A stretch of 64,000 nucleotides of DNA, from contig CAWEBB010000032.1 of the NCBI GenBank assembly GCA_963807085.1, positions 168,451 through 232,450 of the forward strand, in the 5' to 3' direction. Below are positions 60,918 through 64,000 of this stretch, one piece after another. The first letter of the stretch is position 1. Each line of letters opens with the position of its first letter. Origin of the DNA: an uncultured Alphaproteobacteria bacterium (GTDB taxonomy: Bacteria > Pseudomonadota > Alphaproteobacteria > Bin95). A program made the translations under genes and the position numbers. The notes below the pieces were generated by a model. It saw only the letters and a list, made by a program, of their open reading frames with translations, was not told the DNA's origin and did no database searches.

Positions 60918-61892
60918 CTACAGCCGACGCAAGGGGCGGCGGCTGGCGTTCGGGCCGGCGACCTGCCGCTCGCGCCAGAAGACATAGACGCCGGAAGCGG
61001 AGATCAATCCCGAACCGGCAATGACCCAGGGGCCGGGCAGGTGGGCGAACATCTGCCAGCCGAGCAGGATGGCCAGCGGCAGGGCGATGTATTCGAACGG
61101 GGCGATAATGGCGACGTCGGCCGACCGGTACGCCCGCGCCATGGAATAACCGGTCGCGCCCGAGAGCATGCCCAGGAACAGCAGCAGCGCCCAGTCTTCG
61201 GCCGGCGGCCAGATCCAGGCCCGCAACAGGAATGCCAGGCTGGGATTGTCGACGCCCTCGGCAAAGCGGCCATCCCCCGCCGCGAACCAGAACGCGGCGC
61301 TGACGCCGATGAAGGTCAGTTGCGTATAGGCCGCCATCGCCGATGCCTTGGACACCACGCCGAGCTTGCGCGTGAGTATCTGCATGACGGCATAGGCAAA
61401 GGCCGCCAGCACTGGCAGCAACAGGGTGATCCGGTCGGCGGTGCCGGCGATCTCGACCCCCGGCCGCATCATGACCAGGACGCCGAGAAATCCCAGCAGC
61501 ACCGCGGAGAGCCGGCGCATGCCGACTTTCTCGCCCAAAATCGGGATGGACAGCAGGGTGATGAACAGCGGCGCCACGTAGAACAGGGCGGTCGCATCGG
61601 CGAGCGGGATCGACGCGAGCGCGGCGAAATAGGTCATGTTGGCGATGACGATGCAAAGCCCGCGCAGCAGATGCAGGGCAGGCTGCTTTGTTTTGAGCGC
61701 ACGGAAGCCACCCTCGAATTGCAGCAGCATCAGGCTGAGGCACAGACCGACGGCGGAGCGGATGAACACCATCTGGTGCAGCGGGTACTGGTCGGAAAAC
61801 TGCTTGATCAGGGCATCGTTGACGGAAATGCAAAGCATTCCGAAACAAATAAAGGCTATTCCGGCCCCGGGATTGTCGCCAGTTTGAGCCAT
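60918..61892 (-). CDS. DMT/EamA family transporter
   Basis: 324 aa with 10 TM segments and two EamA halves. Confidence 0.7.
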   Translation of the reverse strand: MAQTGDNPGAGIAFICFGMLCISVNDALIKQFSDQYPLHQMVFIRSAVGLCLSLMLLQFEGGFRALKTKQPALHLLRGLCIVIANMTYFAALASIPLADATALFYVAPLFITLLSIPILGEKVGMRRLSAVLLGFLGVLVMMRPGVEIAGTADRITLLLPVLAAFAYAVMQILTRKLGVVSKASAMAAYTQLTFIGVSAAFWFAAGDGRFAEGVDNPSLAFLLRAWIWPPAEDWALLLFLGMLSGATGYSMARAYRSADVAIIAPFEYIALPLAILLGWQMFAHLPGPWVIAGSGLISASGVYVFWRERQVAGPNASRRPLRRL

Positions 61893-61953
61893 CGTCTACG
61901 AAATCCTTGTGCCAAGCGTTGGCCGGATGAGTTGAGGGAGGAACTGGGAAACC

Positions 61954-62715
61954 ATGAAGTCAGTCTGCTTGGTAATCGGCGCGGGCGCCGGCATCGGCGG
62001 CAACGTCGGGAAGCGCTTTGCCCGTGAAGGCTATCACGCCGTTCTGTGCCGACGAAGCGACGAGGCGGGCCTGCGCAAACTGCTCGCCGATATCGAGTCC
62101 GAGGGCGGCACTGCCTCCGGCTATCTGCTGAACGCCGTGGAGCCGGACGCCATCGAGGATCGGACCGCGGCGGTGGAGAAGGAGATCGGCCCGATCGAGG
62201 TAGTGGTCTTCAATCTGGGCGCGCAGATCGGCAATCGCTCGCTGGCGGAAACCTCGTACAAGCAGTTTGAATTGGGCTGGCGGATGGCGACGTTCGCGCT
62301 GTTCCGGGTGGCGTCCTGCGTGTGCCCGCTGATGGTGGAGCGGGGCGGCGGCACGATCCTGGTCACGTCGGCGACGGCGGCAATGCGCGGCAATGGCGGT
62401 CAGCATTCCCATGCCGCAGCCATGGCGGGGCGCCGGATGCTCTGTCAGAGTTTGAATGCGGAATTCGCGCCAAAGGGCATTCATGTGGCGCATATCGTGA
62501 TCGATGGCTCTGTCGATGCGCCGGACACGCTCGGCAAGGTGCTGGGGCCGGAACGCTTCCAGCAATTGCGCGAGACCAAGGGTACTGAGGACGGCCTGCT
62601 GGTGCCGGACCGGATTGCGGATACCTACTGGCACGTGCACCAACAGCATCGCTCCGCCTGGACGTTCGAGCTGGATTTGCGGGCCTTCTCCGACCGGGCG
62701 TGGTGGAACCACTAA
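61954..62715 (+). CDS. SDR family oxidoreductase
   Basis: 'CLVIGAGAGIGG' Rossmann motif, 253 aa. Confidence 0.7.
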   Translation: MKSVCLVIGAGAGIGGNVGKRFAREGYHAVLCRRSDEAGLRKLLADIESEGGTASGYLLNAVEPDAIEDRTAAVEKEIGPIEVVVFNLGAQIGNRSLAETSYKQFELGWRMATFALFRVASCVCPLMVERGGGTILVTSATAAMRGNGGQHSHAAAMAGRRMLCQSLNAEFAPKGIHVAHIVIDGSVDAPDTLGKVLGPERFQQLRETKGTEDGLLVPDRIADTYWHVHQQHRSAWTFELDLRAFSDRAWWNH

Positions 62716-62824
62716 GCGTTGGGGGAACGCTCCGGCTGAAGTAAGTGGTGCGATCCGATTTGCATTCGCGGGGCGTATTGGTCTTTAGTATCGGCTGACC
62801 GCATTTACAGGATACTGCCGACGC

Positions 62825-64000
62825 ATGACCGCCGCCATTCAGATCGATCCGGCCACCGGCCGCAAAATCTTCAACACCCGTGCCGCCAAGGCGACCGACA
62901 GAATCGCCGGCAAGGGCTATTCCATCGTCACCGACAAGAATCTGACCACTCTGCCCGAACCGCCGCCGGGCGCGGAATTCGACGCCGAGGAGCAGGCCAA
63001 GTACCGGGAATTCAAGGAGGCACGCCGCGGGTGCCGCCGATTACATGGCCATGGAAGGCGAGTTCGCCAAGTACCTGGAGGACGTCTATTCCGAGCCACC
63101 GGTCGAGCGCGAGGCGCTCGACCGACGAGTGCGAAATCCTGGTCGTCGGCGCGGGCTTCGGCGGCCTGCTGCTCTGGTACAAGCTTAGCGAGGCCGGCTT
63201 CACCGACGTGCGCTTCTGCGAGAAGGGCGGCGATGTCGGCGGCACCTGGTACTGGAACCGCTATCCCGGCATCGCCTGCGACGTGGAGAGCTACAGCTAC
63301 CTGCCGCTGCTCGAGGAGATGGGCTACGTCCCGACCATGAAGTTCGCGTCGCGGCTTCGAGATCCTCGAATACTGCCAGACCATGGCGGAGAAGTTCGGC
63401 TTCTATGAGCGCATTGCCTGTTCCACACGACCGTCGAGGGGACCGACGTGGGACGAGGCACCGGGCCGCTGGACCGTCAAGACCGACCGCGGCGACGCCA
63501 TGCGGGCCCGCTATGTCGTGCTGGCGAACGGCATCCTGACCACCCCGAAGCTGGCCCGGATCAAGGGCATGGAGACGTTCCAGGGTGAGGCGTTCCACAC
63601 CTCGCGCTGGAACTACAACGTCGACCTGGCCGGCAAGCGCGTCGGCATCATCGGCACCGGGCGCGACCGCCGTGCAGGTCATGCCCGAACTCGCCAAGGT
63701 CGTGGAGCAGCTGTACGTCTTCCAGCGCACGCCCTCGACCATCGACGTGCGCGACCAGCGGGCGACGACGCCGGAGGAGATACGCGACGTGGCGACAGGA
63801 GCCGGGCTGGGCGCGTGCGCGGCGGGAGCGGCTCGCCCTGATCTCCGCCGGGCGGACCGCGCTGCAGGGCAACGACGACTACCTGGCCGGCAAGGTCGAC
63901 CGACTTCAAGGAGCGCGAAGCAGCACAAGACCGAGCTTGTCGCCGGAGGAGCTGATCCAGCGCCAGCTCAACACCAACTTCCGCATCATGGAGCAGATCC
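62825..64000 (+). pseudogene. Baeyer-Villiger-type flavin monooxygenase, spread over three frames by several frameshifts; 3' end outside window
   Basis: FAD motif '[17 protein letters not shown]' and '[21 protein letters not shown]' lie in frame 63031... '[41 protein letters not shown]' lies in frame 63383.., and the N-terminus in frame 62825... Confidence 0.6.

Overview
High-GC (~65%) chromosomal segment, most likely from an alphaproteobacterium; the lineage cannot be assigned from sequence alone. It is densely packed with core and metabolic genes. These include tandem DMT/EamA and MFS transporters, an alpha/beta hydrolase, a Kef-type K+/H+ antiporter, a TRAP transporter (dctPQM), acyl-CoA dehydrogenase, cdd, ftsH, rpmE, a long-chain acyl-CoA ligase, pepF, the NADHX repair enzyme Nnr, and a complete rrf2-sufBCDS-sufT-sufA Fe-S cluster operon. 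Also present are panB, several SDR/VOC/GFA/SMP-30 enzymes, a small putative catabolic cluster (DUF1932 oxidoreductase, MaoC, PEP-mutase family, Ldh2, SnoaL, methyltransferase, MBL lactonase) and three tRNAs (His-GTG, Gly-GCC, Gln-TTG). I found no transposase, integrase, CRISPR array or recognisable defence island, and the tRNA genes are flanked by housekeeping genes rather than islands. The most interesting points are listed here. (1) An E. coli-like MntR repressor is translationally coupled to an MFS transporter and preceded by a perfect 22-bp MntR-box-like palindrome. (2) A cyclic-2,3-diphosphoglycerate-synthetase-like P-loop protein is paired with a short LLM-class (F420/FMN) oxidoreductase. 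(3) A PEP-CTERM-type secreted protein carries a VPLP motif variant and overlaps convergently with an orphan terminase-small-subunit-like HTH gene. (4) Three 13-bp direct repeats at exact 20-bp periodicity lie upstream of a CoA-pyrophosphatase NUDIX gene. (5) A 19-bp tandem duplication frameshifts a GIY-YIG gene. (6) Single-nucleotide frameshifts are strikingly clustered: at least 12 in a FadB-like gene, at least 2 in an S8 peptidase, several in a BVMO, and single ones in dctP, Ldh2 and an ADH. Multi-kb neighbours such as the suf operon, ftsH and the acyl-CoA ligase are clean. I did not find a clearly novel multi-gene 'system'; the candidates above are the best leads.
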